Part shown: positions 8,717-18,023 of the stretch, one piece after another
Layout of the letters: each line of letters starts with the position of its first letter
How positions within the stretch are numbered: the first letter of the stretch is position 1
Assembly: GCA_050874305.1 (NCBI GenBank)
Contig: JBNMKL010000006.1
Location: 1,651-65,650 of the forward strand
Direction of reading: 5' to 3'
Source of the DNA: Lachnospira sp.
GTDB lineage: Bacteria > Bacillota > Clostridia > Lachnospirales > Lachnospiraceae
Length of the DNA stretch: 64,000 bases
Translations under genes and position numbers: made by a program
The notes under the pieces: generated by a model
What the model was told of the DNA's origin: nothing
Databases searched by the model: none
Seen by the model: only the letters and a program-made list of their open reading frames with translations

Positions 8717-10063
8717 ATGGGACAGGTTAAATTTGATTATTCCAAAGCTATGGGCTATGTGCATGAGCATGAAGTTGAGTCAATGAAAGCAATTACAGAG
8801 AGTGCCAGACAGTTATTATTGTCAAAGCAGGGGGCAGGCAATGATTACCTTGGATGGATAGATCTTCCAGTAGATTATGACAAGGACGAGTTTGCAAGAA
8901 TTAAGAAAGCAGCAGACAAAATCCGTAATGATTCAGAGGTACTTGTTGTTATAGGTATCGGTGGTTCTTATCTTGGTGCAAGAGCTGCGATTGAATTTTT
9001 AGGACATAATTTCTTTAATTCAGTAAGCAGGGAGATTCGTAAATCTCCTGAGATTTATTTTGTTGGTAACAGCATCAGTTCTACATATCTTGCAGGTCTT
9101 GTTGATACTATCGGTGACAGGGATTTCTCAGTTAATATTATATCTAAGTCAGGCACAACAACAGAGCCAGCTATTGCATTCAGAGTATTCAAGAAGATGC
9201 TTGAGAAGAAATATGGCAAAGATGGTGCTGCCAAGAGAATATATGCTACAACAGACAAGGCAAAGGGAGCTTTAAAGAAGCTGTCTGACGCAGAGGGTTA
9301 CGAAGAATTCGTAGTTCCAGATGATGTAGGTGGACGTTTCTCAGTCCTTACAGCAGTTGGACTTCTTCCAATCGCAGTAAGCGGAGTTGATATTGATGAT
9401 CTTATGGCAGGTGCAGCAAGTGCAAGAAAGAGATGCATAGAGAATGATTTTGATAACAATGATTCTATGCAGTATGCAGCTCTTAGAAATATCATGTTAA
9501 GAAAGGGTAAATCAGTAGAGATTCTCTGTGATTATGAGCCAAGCCTTCATTACACACTTGAGTGGTGGAAGCAGCTTATGGGTGAGTCAGAGGGGAAGGA
9601 TAACAAGGGATTATTCCCAGCAAGCGTTGACCTTACAACAGACCTTCACTCTATGGGTCAGTTCATTCAGGATGGCTCAAGAATTATGTTTGAGACAGTT
9701 CTTAATGTTGAGAAGCCAAGCAGAGAGATAATTATTGAAGCAGAGGATGAAGACCTTGATGGACTTAACTATCTTGCTGGCAAATCAGTTGATTTCGTTA
9801 ACAAATGTGCCATGAACGGAACTGTTCTTGCACATACAGATGGCAATACTCCTAACCTTATGGTTAAGATTCCAGAGCAGACAGCATTCTATCTTGGCGA
9901 GCTTATGTATTTCTTTGAATTTGCGTGTGGCTTATCTGGATATATTCTTGGAGTTAATCCATTTAACCAGCCTGGTGTTGAGAGCTACAAGCACAACATG
10001 TTTGCACTTCTTGGCAAGCCAGGATTTGAAGCTGAGGGCGAGGCTTTAAGAAAGAGACTTTAA
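8717..10063 (+). CDS. pgi: Glucose-6-phosphate isomerase
   Basis: [46 protein letters not shown]; RBS AAGGAG. Confidence 0.97.
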   Translation: MGQVKFDYSKAMGYVHEHEVESMKAITESARQLLLSKQGAGNDYLGWIDLPVDYDKDEFARIKKAADKIRNDSEVLVVIGIGGSYLGARAAIEFLGHNFFNSVSREIRKSPEIYFVGNSISSTYLAGLVDTIGDRDFSVNIISKSGTTTEPAIAFRVFKKMLEKKYGKDGAAKRIYATTDKAKGALKKLSDAEGYEEFVVPDDVGGRFSVLTAVGLLPIAVSGVDIDDLMAGAASARKRCIENDFDNNDSMQYAALRNIMLRKGKSVEILCDYEPSLHYTLEWWKQLMGESEGKDNKGLFPASVDLTTDLHSMGQFIQDGSRIMFETVLNVEKPSREIIIEAEDEDLDGLNYLAGKSVDFVNKCAMNGTVLAHTDGNTPNLMVKIPEQTAFYLGELMYFFEFACGLSGYILGVNPFNQPGVESYKHNMFALLGKPGFEAEGEALRKRL

Positions 10064-10137
10064 TACTGATGTAAGGGTGAAATCTGTTCGTACCTGCATA
10101 AACAGATTAAGAACCTCAAGATTATAAAATAACCAAC

Positions 10138-10163
10138 AAGGGGCTGTAGTAATGCAGCCCCTT
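10138..10163 (+). terminator. pgi terminator
   Basis: AAGGGGCTG / CAGCCCCTT hairpin followed by an AT-rich run. Confidence 0.55.
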
Positions 10164-10189
10164 AATTATACGAAAAGAGGTAATACAGA

Positions 10190-11155
10190 ATGAAGATACT
10201 TATGCTTGATACTGTTACATACGGAGATGACATTTCTCTTGATAAGTTTAACCAGCTTGGTGAGGTTATCACATATAGCAACAGCACGCATGAAGAGGCG
10301 GTAGCCAGAGTTAAGGAGCATAATCCAACGATTGTTGTTACTAACAAGGTGGTTATTGATAAAGACATATTCGAGGCAGGAAGTGAGATTAAAATGGTCG
10401 CTGAGACTGCTACAGGATATAACAATATTGATATAGAATATGCCAAGGCGCATGGCATAAGGGTTGCAAATGTCGCCGGCTATTCGACACAGTCTGTTAT
10501 ACAGCATACATTTTCACTCCTTTTCTATGTATTTGAGAAGATGAATTATTATGACAGATATGTAAAGAGTGGCGAATATGCCAAATCAGCCAGCTTCACA
10601 CATTTTGATAATGTATTCCATGAACTGTATGGCAAGACATATGGAATAGTAGGTCTTGGCAATATCGGACGTGGTGTAGCTAAGATTGCCACTGATTTCG
10701 GATGCAGGGTTATATACTATTCAGCCAGCGGACATAAGCAGTATGTGCCATATGAGTGTGTTGACCTTGATACATTTTTGAAAGAATCGGACATAGTATC
10801 AATCCATGCTCCACTCAATGATAAGACTAAAAATCTGTTTAATTATGACAATCTTAAAAAGATGAAATCATCAGCCGTCCTTCTTAACTTAGGCAGAGGT
10901 CCAATCATCAATGACGCTGACCTCGCCAGAGCCTTAAAAGAGAACATTATCGCTGCCGCTGGTTTAGACGTAATAACCACTGAGCCAATCGCCGCAGATA
11001 ATCCACTTCTCGAAATACAGGACAGCGATAAAATGGTTATAACACCTCACATTGCATGGGCAACCTACGAAGCCAGAACCCGCCTCATGAACCTCGTCTA
11101 CGAGAACATTGAAAGCTTTTTAAATGGCAAGGAAGAAAAGAACGTAGTGGTCTAA
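10190..11155 (+). CDS. D-2-hydroxyacid dehydrogenase (glycerate dehydrogenase/HprA-like)
   Basis: ATGYNNID, GIVGLGNIG, SIHAPL, LNLGRG, LDV..TEP, TPHIAW. Confidence 0.92.
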   Translation: MKILMLDTVTYGDDISLDKFNQLGEVITYSNSTHEEAVARVKEHNPTIVVTNKVVIDKDIFEAGSEIKMVAETATGYNNIDIEYAKAHGIRVANVAGYSTQSVIQHTFSLLFYVFEKMNYYDRYVKSGEYAKSASFTHFDNVFHELYGKTYGIVGLGNIGRGVAKIATDFGCRVIYYSASGHKQYVPYECVDLDTFLKESDIVSIHAPLNDKTKNLFNYDNLKKMKSSAVLLNLGRGPIINDADLARALKENIIAAAGLDVITTEPIAADNPLLEIQDSDKMVITPHIAWATYEARTRLMNLVYENIESFLNGKEEKNVVV

Positions 11156-11423
11156 AATTATAAAACTGTACCGCCACCGGGTGCCCTGCCAGCAGTAATC
11201 TGTCCCACAACCTTCCATGTCGGCGTGTCGTGCAGCTCTTAGGTTAGTGTAAGACATAAAGCTAATCATAATGCTAAACGTTCAAGCGAAGCGCGTTTTT
11301 AGCATTATGATTAAATAAGCTTATGTCGTACTAACCTTAGAGATGCTAGACACAGAGACCCAGGAAGGTTGTGGGACAGATTACTGCTGGCAGGGCACCC
11401 GGTGGCGGTACAGTTTTATAATT
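11156..11423 (+). repeat. Fold-back element A: 268-bp giant hairpin with 61-bp perfect terminal inverted arms
   Basis: 11156-11216 is the exact reverse complement of 11363-11423; nested inner stems (e.g. 16 bp, 11263-11278 / 11298-11313); apex contains GCGAAGC (11286-11292); core homologous to 29784-29928. Confidence 0.9.
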
Positions 11424-11478
11424 GTAGAGGCGTGTGAGATAAGTGTGACAAAATTTATTAAAAAAATTTCAAAACCCA

Positions 11479-11507
11479 TGAAACTTTTTATGAGTCTCTA
11501 CCGTGTA
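11479..11507 (+). promoter_or_regulatory. Putative ECF-sigma autoregulatory promoter
   Basis: TGAAAC (11479-11484), ~17 nt, CGTGTA (11502-11507), resembling the SigW/SigX/SigM TGAAAC-N16-CGT consensus, upstream of an ECF sigma gene. Confidence 0.5.
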
Positions 11508-11560
11508 TTAAATGTAAAGGTTGTGCACAGCAGCTTATGTGGAGGTGAGCAGATTAGATT

Positions 11561-12106
11561 ATGAATAGTGATTCAGAAGAATTATATGCAGGTAAGAGTT
11601 TTGAGAGCATATTACGTCTTTATTCAGATACAATTTTGAGAGCGTGCCTGGTTCACTGCAATAGTGATGAGGATGCCAAGGATTGTTTCCAGAATACATT
11701 TTTAAAATTATATACCTGCAATAAGAAGTTTAACGATATAGAGCATGTAAAAGCATGGCTTTTGACAGTGGCTATGCATGAATGCTGCGAGACACACAGG
11801 AACAAGTGGAATCGCCATGTAAGTCTGTCTGACGATATGAATTCCGTGCTACTTGAGCATGAAGAATTCCTAAGTAATGCGGCGACAGCAGAGAATGGAT
11901 ATGATTATCACGGAACAGTGCTTGAACAGGTTCTAAAGATTGCTCCGATATATCGTGAGGTTATATATCTGTACTACTATGAAGATAAAGATGTCAAGCA
12001 GATTGCGAAGATACTTGATATAAGTCCTAATACTGTGAAAACACGATTATTACGCGGAAGAAAATTATTAAAGACTAATATTAAGGAGGAATGGGGAGTA
12101 TGTTAG
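11561..12106 (+). CDS. ECF RNA polymerase sigma factor
   Basis: DAKDCFQNTFLKLY, KAWLLTVA (region 2); YREVIYLYYYED..VKQIAKILDISPNTVKTRLLRGR (region 4). Confidence 0.92.
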   Translation: MNSDSEELYAGKSFESILRLYSDTILRACLVHCNSDEDAKDCFQNTFLKLYTCNKKFNDIEHVKAWLLTVAMHECCETHRNKWNRHVSLSDDMNSVLLEHEEFLSNAATAENGYDYHGTVLEQVLKIAPIYREVIYLYYYEDKDVKQIAKILDISPNTVKTRLLRGRKLLKTNIKEEWGVC

Positions 12107-13686
12107 ATGAATTAGATAAGATTCATGCATCTGAGGAACTTATACAGGAAACTTTAGATTATTGCAAAGCCAATTCTAAGGCTGCTAAAGAGCATAAGGG
12201 AGCTCCAGCTAAGAAGATTACAAGAAAAGTTAACAGATGGGTTACAGCGGCAGTAGCTTGTGGTTCAATTGTTGTATTATCGTCTGGTGCTGCATTTGCA
12301 TATAATGCGGTTACAGGTGACAGCCTTATTAATAAGATATATAAGATAACTAATACAGCATCATCTCTTAATTATGCTGATGGAATTACTGATAATAATG
12401 GCAATTCATACACATACGACGGAATGACAGATGTTAAGGCTGTTAAGAGCGATAAGAATATTACAGTTACTATGGATTCATATGTAGTTGATGGTAACAA
12501 GGCAGATGTCATATTTACAGTTAAGACTAACGATGGTTCGTCTCTTAATGAGACAACTGAGGATAAGGTTGCTGTTATTGCCAGAGACAAATTTAACAAA
12601 ATAACTGTTACAGTTGATGGCAAGACAATCAACACTGGTAATAGCATAAGAGCAGATGAGGATTACTGCATGCAGCAGAGAGTTGATGATGCAAGTGATG
12701 CATCCAAGGCAACTATCAAGTTAACATTATCAGTTCCTTCTAAGACAACTCTTGATGGCTCTAATATAAGCTTTAAGCTCGGTGATTACACTTCATACTA
12801 TGAGGTTATGGAGTCAATTGGATTCAAATATGACAGCGTAGCAGATATGTTTAAGGGCGTTACACTTGCCGGTGAAGATGAATTTACAGGCGATAATTCA
12901 ATGTATGGTTACGCTGATTCTGATGTTGTATTAGCACCGGGCAAGATGCATATTGAATTTTCAGATAAGTATGCAGGCTCTTATATTGATAACGCTGGAT
13001 ATACGGTTAAGGATTCAACTTCAAAGTCAAAGAGCTTTGTTATGACAATTGTTCCATCTGATGAAACAGCCGCTGCAGAGCTTACAAGAGTTAATGTCCA
13101 GAGTACTACAACAGGAAGACCAACAGCTATAAGAGTCAAGAAGCTGGGCGATGGCAGAATTCAGGTGACATACGCAGCAGACTTTGACAGGGCATATTCT
13201 AAGACAGAGAAAGATATTCATATAGATACTAATGAGACACATCTTGCATCACTTGTTATGAAGAGAGTTTTAGAGTCTAATAAGGCAGAGGTTCTTAGCA
13301 GCAATGAGTGCGATGTTGCATTTGATTGCAGTGTGTCTTCAACAGATACAGCTATTGCTTATAATTCAGATATAACTGTTAATGATTCTTATTATAAGGG
13401 TACAGCAATGAACATTAAGACAGTTAAGATATCTACAACAGAGCTTGCATTCACAGGTTCGATTACTCTGGGGGGAGACGATGCTAGATTTTCAGGAAGT
13501 GGTTCTTACTCTCCAGTTATTACAATGAAGAATGGAACATCATTCAATGCAGGTAATAAAATGGGTGGTGGATTTAACCGCAACACAGGAGAGTGGGATG
13601 CAACATGGATTCTCCCAACATATATAGACACAAGTGATGTTGTTTCTGTAACATGGCATGGAGTTACAATATATCAGGCTCAGTAG
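12100..13686 (+). CDS. Membrane-anchored anti-sigma factor-like protein (DUF4179-like)
   Basis: Overlaps the sigma stop; short cytoplasmic N-terminus, one TM helix (VTAAVACGSIVVLSSGAAFAY), large Ser/Thr/Asp-rich extracellular part. Confidence 0.7.
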   Translation: MLDELDKIHASEELIQETLDYCKANSKAAKEHKGAPAKKITRKVNRWVTAAVACGSIVVLSSGAAFAYNAVTGDSLINKIYKITNTASSLNYADGITDNNGNSYTYDGMTDVKAVKSDKNITVTMDSYVVDGNKADVIFTVKTNDGSSLNETTEDKVAVIARDKFNKITVTVDGKTINTGNSIRADEDYCMQQRVDDASDASKATIKLTLSVPSKTTLDGSNISFKLGDYTSYYEVMESIGFKYDSVADMFKGVTLAGEDEFTGDNSMYGYADSDVVLAPGKMHIEFSDKYAGSYIDNAGYTVKDSTSKSKSFVMTIVPSDETAAAELTRVNVQSTTTGRPTAIRVKKLGDGRIQVTYAADFDRAYSKTEKDIHIDTNETHLASLVMKRVLESNKAEVLSSNECDVAFDCSVSSTDTAIAYNSDITVNDSYYKGTAMNIKTVKISTTELAFTGSITLGGDDARFSGSGSYSPVITMKNGTSFNAGNKMGGGFNRNTGEWDATWILPTYIDTSDVVSVTWHGVTIYQAQ

Positions 13687-13742
13687 TCTGACATACTATA
13701 TTGATTAAATGAGACACATGACTTTTATATAGACTATCCTCA

Positions 13743-13789
13743 AAAGACCCCCGGCGATTGTAGATTAACTACGATTGCCGGGGGTCTTT
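13743..13789. terminator. Bidirectional terminator
   Basis: AAAGACCCCCGGC / GCCGGGGGTCTTT, 13-bp perfect stem between convergent genes. Confidence 0.8.
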
Positions 13790-13794
13790 AATTC

Positions 13795-14067
13795 TTAATC
13801 TTCTTCAATAACCTCAACTTCCATATATGCAAATTCTATATGTTCAATGAAGTTGTCCTGATTGAATCTTACTTTAGATCTTCTTTTAAATTCTGCTATA
13901 TTGGCATCCAGCCATATAGGTTGTCCTAAATCAAACTTAACACAAGCCTCCTCAATACCATCAAATACTTTCCTGGTGCGATTGATGTCTGTATCAGGAT
14001 TCTCGATAGTGACTTGTCTGACTATATGGCGTGAATCGTCAACAAGCTTACACCACATGCGAAACAT
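13795..14067 (-). CDS. Conserved hypothetical protein (90 aa), translationally coupled to pfk
   Basis: TAATG stop/start overlap with pfk at 14065-14069; natural-looking sequence. Confidence 0.75.
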   Translation of the reverse strand: MFRMWCKLVDDSRHIVRQVTIENPDTDINRTRKVFDGIEEACVKFDLGQPIWLDANIAEFKRRSKVRFNQDNFIEHIEFAYMEVEVIEED

Positions 14068-15290
14068 TACATTTCAACATTCAGGTGGTGTGGGAGACCA
14101 TCAACCATGATTGGTGAAAGCTCTGCCTGAATAAGTGGTTTGATATAATGTACAAGGTCATCAGTTACATAATCATCCTCTGTAATCCATTCAAGAGGTA
14201 CTTTCTTTTCGATGTTAGCAATCTGGTGAACATCATGTGTTGCAGTGATGCACATATATGGATCATCTGAAACTCTCTGTAATACAACAACCTTACCTGA
14301 TTCACCTTCAAATGCAGCTTTGACAGCAGCACCACCTACGTTATAAGCCTCTGTGATATCTGTTCTTGATGTCATATGTGCAGCACAACGCTGGAGAGTA
14401 GATAACTCGATAGCTCTTGTCTTGATTCCAAGTTCAGCACCCACTTTGTTAGCAAGGAATTTAGCAGAACCAGCTAACTGCTTGTGACCGAATGCATCTA
14501 CGAATTCCACATGGTCTGAAAGCTCGAATACATATCTTCCGTCCATAACTCTGATACCTTCAGAGATAGCAACAACGATAGAACGTCCACGTGAGTTGAG
14601 TTCTTTAATCTTTCCCATGAAATGGTCAATATCAAATGTCTTCTCTGGAAGGTATATAAGGTCTACACCCTCGCAGTCATCACCCTTGGCAAGCGCAGCA
14701 GCGGCAGTAAGCCATCCGGCATTACGTCCCATAATCTCAACTATTGTAACAGTTGGGTAGTCATATACAAGACCATCGCGGATAATTTCCTTCATAGTAG
14801 ATGCGATAAATTTAGCAGCACTACCAAAACCAGGAGTATGGTCTGTAACAGCCAAGTCGTTATCAATTGTCTTAGGAACACCCATGAACTTGATGTCGCT
14901 TCCGATAAGAACACCATAATCAGACAGCTTCTTAATAGTATCCATGGAATCATTACCACCTATGTAGAAGAAATATTTGATTTCTAATTCATCAAGAATC
15001 TCAAATATTTTGTCATAAGTTTCTTTATCATCCTTAATCTCTGGGAGCTTGTATCTACATGAACCCAGATATGAAGAAGGAGTTCTCTTTAAAAGCTCGA
15101 TATCCATAGTTGTCTTAATCTTCTCAGACATATCAACATACTGTCTGTCCAGAAGACCCTTAATACCATGGCGCATACCGTAAACTTTCTTAGCACCTCT
15201 GTCCTTAGCTGTTTTAAATACTCCTGCAAGGCTAGAGTTAATAACTGATGTTGGACCCCCTGACTGGCCAACGATAACATTACCTAACAT
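14067..15290 (-). CDS. pfp: 6-phosphofructokinase with PPi-dependent signature
   Basis: GQSGGPTSVIN, IGGNDS (Asp where ATP-PFKs have Gly), PKTIDND (Lys), EIMGRNAGWL. Confidence 0.85.
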   Translation of the reverse strand: MLGNVIVGQSGGPTSVINSSLAGVFKTAKDRGAKKVYGMRHGIKGLLDRQYVDMSEKIKTTMDIELLKRTPSSYLGSCRYKLPEIKDDKETYDKIFEILDELEIKYFFYIGGNDSMDTIKKLSDYGVLIGSDIKFMGVPKTIDNDLAVTDHTPGFGSAAKFIASTMKEIIRDGLVYDYPTVTIVEIMGRNAGWLTAAAALAKGDDCEGVDLIYLPEKTFDIDHFMGKIKELNSRGRSIVVAISEGIRVMDGRYVFELSDHVEFVDAFGHKQLAGSAKFLANKVGAELGIKTRAIELSTLQRCAAHMTSRTDITEAYNVGGAAVKAAFEGESGKVVVLQRVSDDPYMCITATHDVHQIANIEKKVPLEWITEDDYVTDDLVHYIKPLIQAELSPIMVDGLPHHLNVEM

Positions 15291-15518
15291 AATAATCCTC
15301 CAATCATCTCCGCTATATTATTCTATTACTGGCACGAAGTTTCTATGTTTAAAGTTTATCATATTTTTATATTTGGCACAACCTGAAAAAATAGTATCGT
15401 TGACAGCACAGTCTGGTATGTATATCATCTATAGTAAGCAGAGTGTAAAATTTATAATAATTCTGGGTTAACATTTTAACAAATAAATGGATTATAAATT
15501 GATATTTATATAGTGCTT

Positions 15519-15536
15519 TAGTACCAATTGGTACTA
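15519..15536. promoter_or_regulatory. 18-bp perfect palindrome, probable repressor operator
   Basis: TAGTACCAA|TTGGTACTA, ~50 bp upstream of the flavin reductase start. Confidence 0.55.
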
Positions 15537-15583
15537 TATGTAGTGGAAAGATTTAATCACGATTTGAAATGGAGGTATATATT

Positions 15584-16150
15584 GTGTCAAAACAGGAGTG
15601 GAAACCAGGAAATATGTTATATCCAGTGCCAGCAGTTATGGTAAGCTGCCAGCGTGAAGGAGAAAAGCCTAACATTATCACAGTTGCGTGGGCTGGAACT
15701 ATATGTTCAGACCCGGCGATGCTTTCTATATCTGTAAGAAAAGAGAGATATTCGCATAATATAATTAAGGAAACAAAAGAATTTGTTGTCAATCTTACAA
15801 CAAAGGATACGTGTTTTGCGACAGATTATTGCGGAGTGAAGTCTGGAAGAGATGTGGACAAGTTTAAGGAGATGAAGCTTACGCCTGTAGCTGCTTCAAA
15901 GGTATCTGCCCCACTGATTGATGAGTGTCCGGTTAATATAGAATGTAAGGTTGTTGATATTAAAGAGCTTGGTTCACATGATATGTTTATAGCAGAGGTT
16001 GTTGCAGTACATGCGGATGAAGCATATATGGATGAGAATGGAAGGTTTGACCTTGCCAAGGCAGAGCCAATAGCTTATTCACATGGAGAATATTATACGC
16101 TTGGCGAAAAAGTTGGTAAGTTTGGATATTCTGTAGCCAGAACTAAATAA
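15584..16150 (+). CDS. Flavin reductase family protein
   Basis: MLYPVPAVMVS, NIITVAW, FVVNL, CGVKSGRDVDKF, GSHDMFIAEV; GTG start after GGAGG. Confidence 0.9.
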   Translation: MSKQEWKPGNMLYPVPAVMVSCQREGEKPNIITVAWAGTICSDPAMLSISVRKERYSHNIIKETKEFVVNLTTKDTCFATDYCGVKSGRDVDKFKEMKLTPVAASKVSAPLIDECPVNIECKVVDIKELGSHDMFIAEVVAVHADEAYMDENGRFDLAKAEPIAYSHGEYYTLGEKVGKFGYSVARTK

Positions 16151-16225
16151 TGAACATTTTGTTAATTATTGTGATTTATATGTAAATAGGGTTTACAAAT
16201 TAGTACCTTGGTGTTAATATGTGAT

Positions 16226-16242
16226 TGTTACAAAAATGTTAC
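16226..16242 (+). promoter_or_regulatory. WalR/OmpR-type direct repeat
   Basis: TGTTAC-AAAAA-TGTTAC matches TGTWAH-N5-TGTWAH upstream of a peptidoglycan hydrolase gene. Confidence 0.55.
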
Positions 16243-16287
16243 AAACAAATTACAAATTACGTTTTAAGATTTTGGAGGACAATAATA

Positions 16288-17814
16288 ATGCATTTTACAC
16301 AATATGGCAGACGCTTAAAGATGACATTAATAAGCGGCATGTCAGTAGCGTGTTTAGCGTGTATCGTTGCAATTCCTTTTGTTGAAAAGAAACTTTTTAA
16401 TAATCAGGCTGGATATTACAGTATTCAGTTTAATGGACAGGAGGTTGGTGCTGCCAATACAAGAGCGGAGGCAGAAGATGCTCTTGCAGCTGCAAGATTA
16501 AAGTTTAGCAAGGAATACGATTCAGTTATTTACATGGATAACAGCATTGATATTGTAGAGCAGTCTAAGGCTGTTGCATCAAGAATGAGCGAGAGTGAGC
16601 TTGAGGATGTTCTTTACAGTACGTTATTTGCATGTGTATCCGATAAAGAGAATGCTACAGCATATACATTAAGAATGGATGACTTTACAGTTACTCTTTC
16701 AAGCAAGGAAGAGATAGTAGAGTTAATGGAAAAGGTTACAGCTAACTATGATACTAAGAATGAGTTTCAGGTAAAGCTTGCGTCAGGAGACAGCAGCTAT
16801 GGAACATATTCATTAGAGGTTGTTAAGTCTGATATTAAAGAAACAGCTACAGATATAGTTGCATCAGCACTTAATGGTGAGTCTGGTCTTAATACAGAAG
16901 AGACTCATTCACTTAAGGATGGGCTTGTAGGAATTGGATTTGAGCAGGAGCTTTCTATTAATGAGACAATGGCAAGCGGTGCTAATATAATGACAGTTCA
17001 GGAAGCATATGATGCTATAACTAAGGAAAAGGAAGCTAAGACAACATATGTTGTAGAACAGGGTGACTGCCTTTCTATCATAGCTAATAAGTGTGACATT
17101 TCTCTTAATGATTTATATTCACTTAATGATGGCTTGACAGAGAATACTTTGATTGCTCCAGGAGATGTACTTGTTGTTACAGTTCCTAAGTCAGAGCTTT
17201 CAGTTGTTGTTACAGAGAGAAAGACATACGAAGAGGATTTCGATGCGGATGTCCAGTATGTTGATGATGATACACAGTACAGAGGATACAGCAAGGTTAT
17301 TACAGAGGGTTCGTCAGGACACCATAAGGTAACTGCTGATATCACAACTGTTAACGGAGTTCAGACATCACTCCAGTATGTTGAAGAGACAGTAACAGCA
17401 GAGCCTGTTGCAAAGGTTGTTTCTGTTGGAACACTTACACCACCAACATATCTTAAGCCTGTTAATGGAAGATATTCTTCTGGTTATGGTTACAGAGATG
17501 GAGCAATGCATACAGGTGTTGACTGGTCATGTTCAGTAGGTACACCAGTATATGCAGCAGCATCTGGTACAGTAGTAAGAGCTGGATGGTATTCAGGATA
17601 TGGATACTGCGTAGAGATTCGTCATTCAGATGGTTCGATGACAAGATATGGACATTTAAGTTCTATCGTAGTTTCTAATGGACAGAAAGTTAATCAGAGC
17701 GATTTAATTGCCCGCTCAGGTAATACAGGTAACAGTACAGGTCCACATCTTCATTTTGAGATATGGATTGGCGGTTCATCTGTTAACCCACTTAATTATG
17801 TTAATAAGAACTAA
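16288..17814 (+). CDS. LysM-G5-M23 peptidoglycan endopeptidase
   Basis: N-terminal TM; LysM YVVEQGDCLSIIA; G5-like segment; M23 HTGVD, YGHL, STGPHLHFEI. Confidence 0.9.
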   Translation: MHFTQYGRRLKMTLISGMSVACLACIVAIPFVEKKLFNNQAGYYSIQFNGQEVGAANTRAEAEDALAAARLKFSKEYDSVIYMDNSIDIVEQSKAVASRMSESELEDVLYSTLFACVSDKENATAYTLRMDDFTVTLSSKEEIVELMEKVTANYDTKNEFQVKLASGDSSYGTYSLEVVKSDIKETATDIVASALNGESGLNTEETHSLKDGLVGIGFEQELSINETMASGANIMTVQEAYDAITKEKEAKTTYVVEQGDCLSIIANKCDISLNDLYSLNDGLTENTLIAPGDVLVVTVPKSELSVVVTERKTYEEDFDADVQYVDDDTQYRGYSKVITEGSSGHHKVTADITTVNGVQTSLQYVEETVTAEPVAKVVSVGTLTPPTYLKPVNGRYSSGYGYRDGAMHTGVDWSCSVGTPVYAAASGTVVRAGWYSGYGYCVEIRHSDGSMTRYGHLSSIVVSNGQKVNQSDLIARSGNTGNSTGPHLHFEIWIGGSSVNPLNYVNKN

Positions 17815-17825
17815 ATAATACAAAG

Positions 17826-17858
17826 AAATAGCCGTGCATCAAGCACGGTTATTTTTTT
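17826..17858 (+). terminator. Rho-independent terminator
   Basis: AAATAGCCGTGC-ATCAA-GCACGGTTATTT plus T-run. Confidence 0.75.
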
Positions 17859-17921
17859 ACCTGCCAGAATGGTTGTGCTGACATAATGACAGGTGTTTAC
17901 ACAAAAATTTCTCATTAGAGG

Positions 17922-17950
17922 TTTACAAATGCAAAAAAACTACATATAAT
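17922..17950 (+). promoter_or_regulatory. Sigma-A promoter for murA
   Basis: TTTACA-17 bp-TATAAT. Confidence 0.6.
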
Positions 17951-18023
17951 ATCAAATAGTGGTGTTTTATGCACATAAGGATTTTTATCCTTATTAATTA
18001 TCATTTCAATTGAGGTGCGCTAG

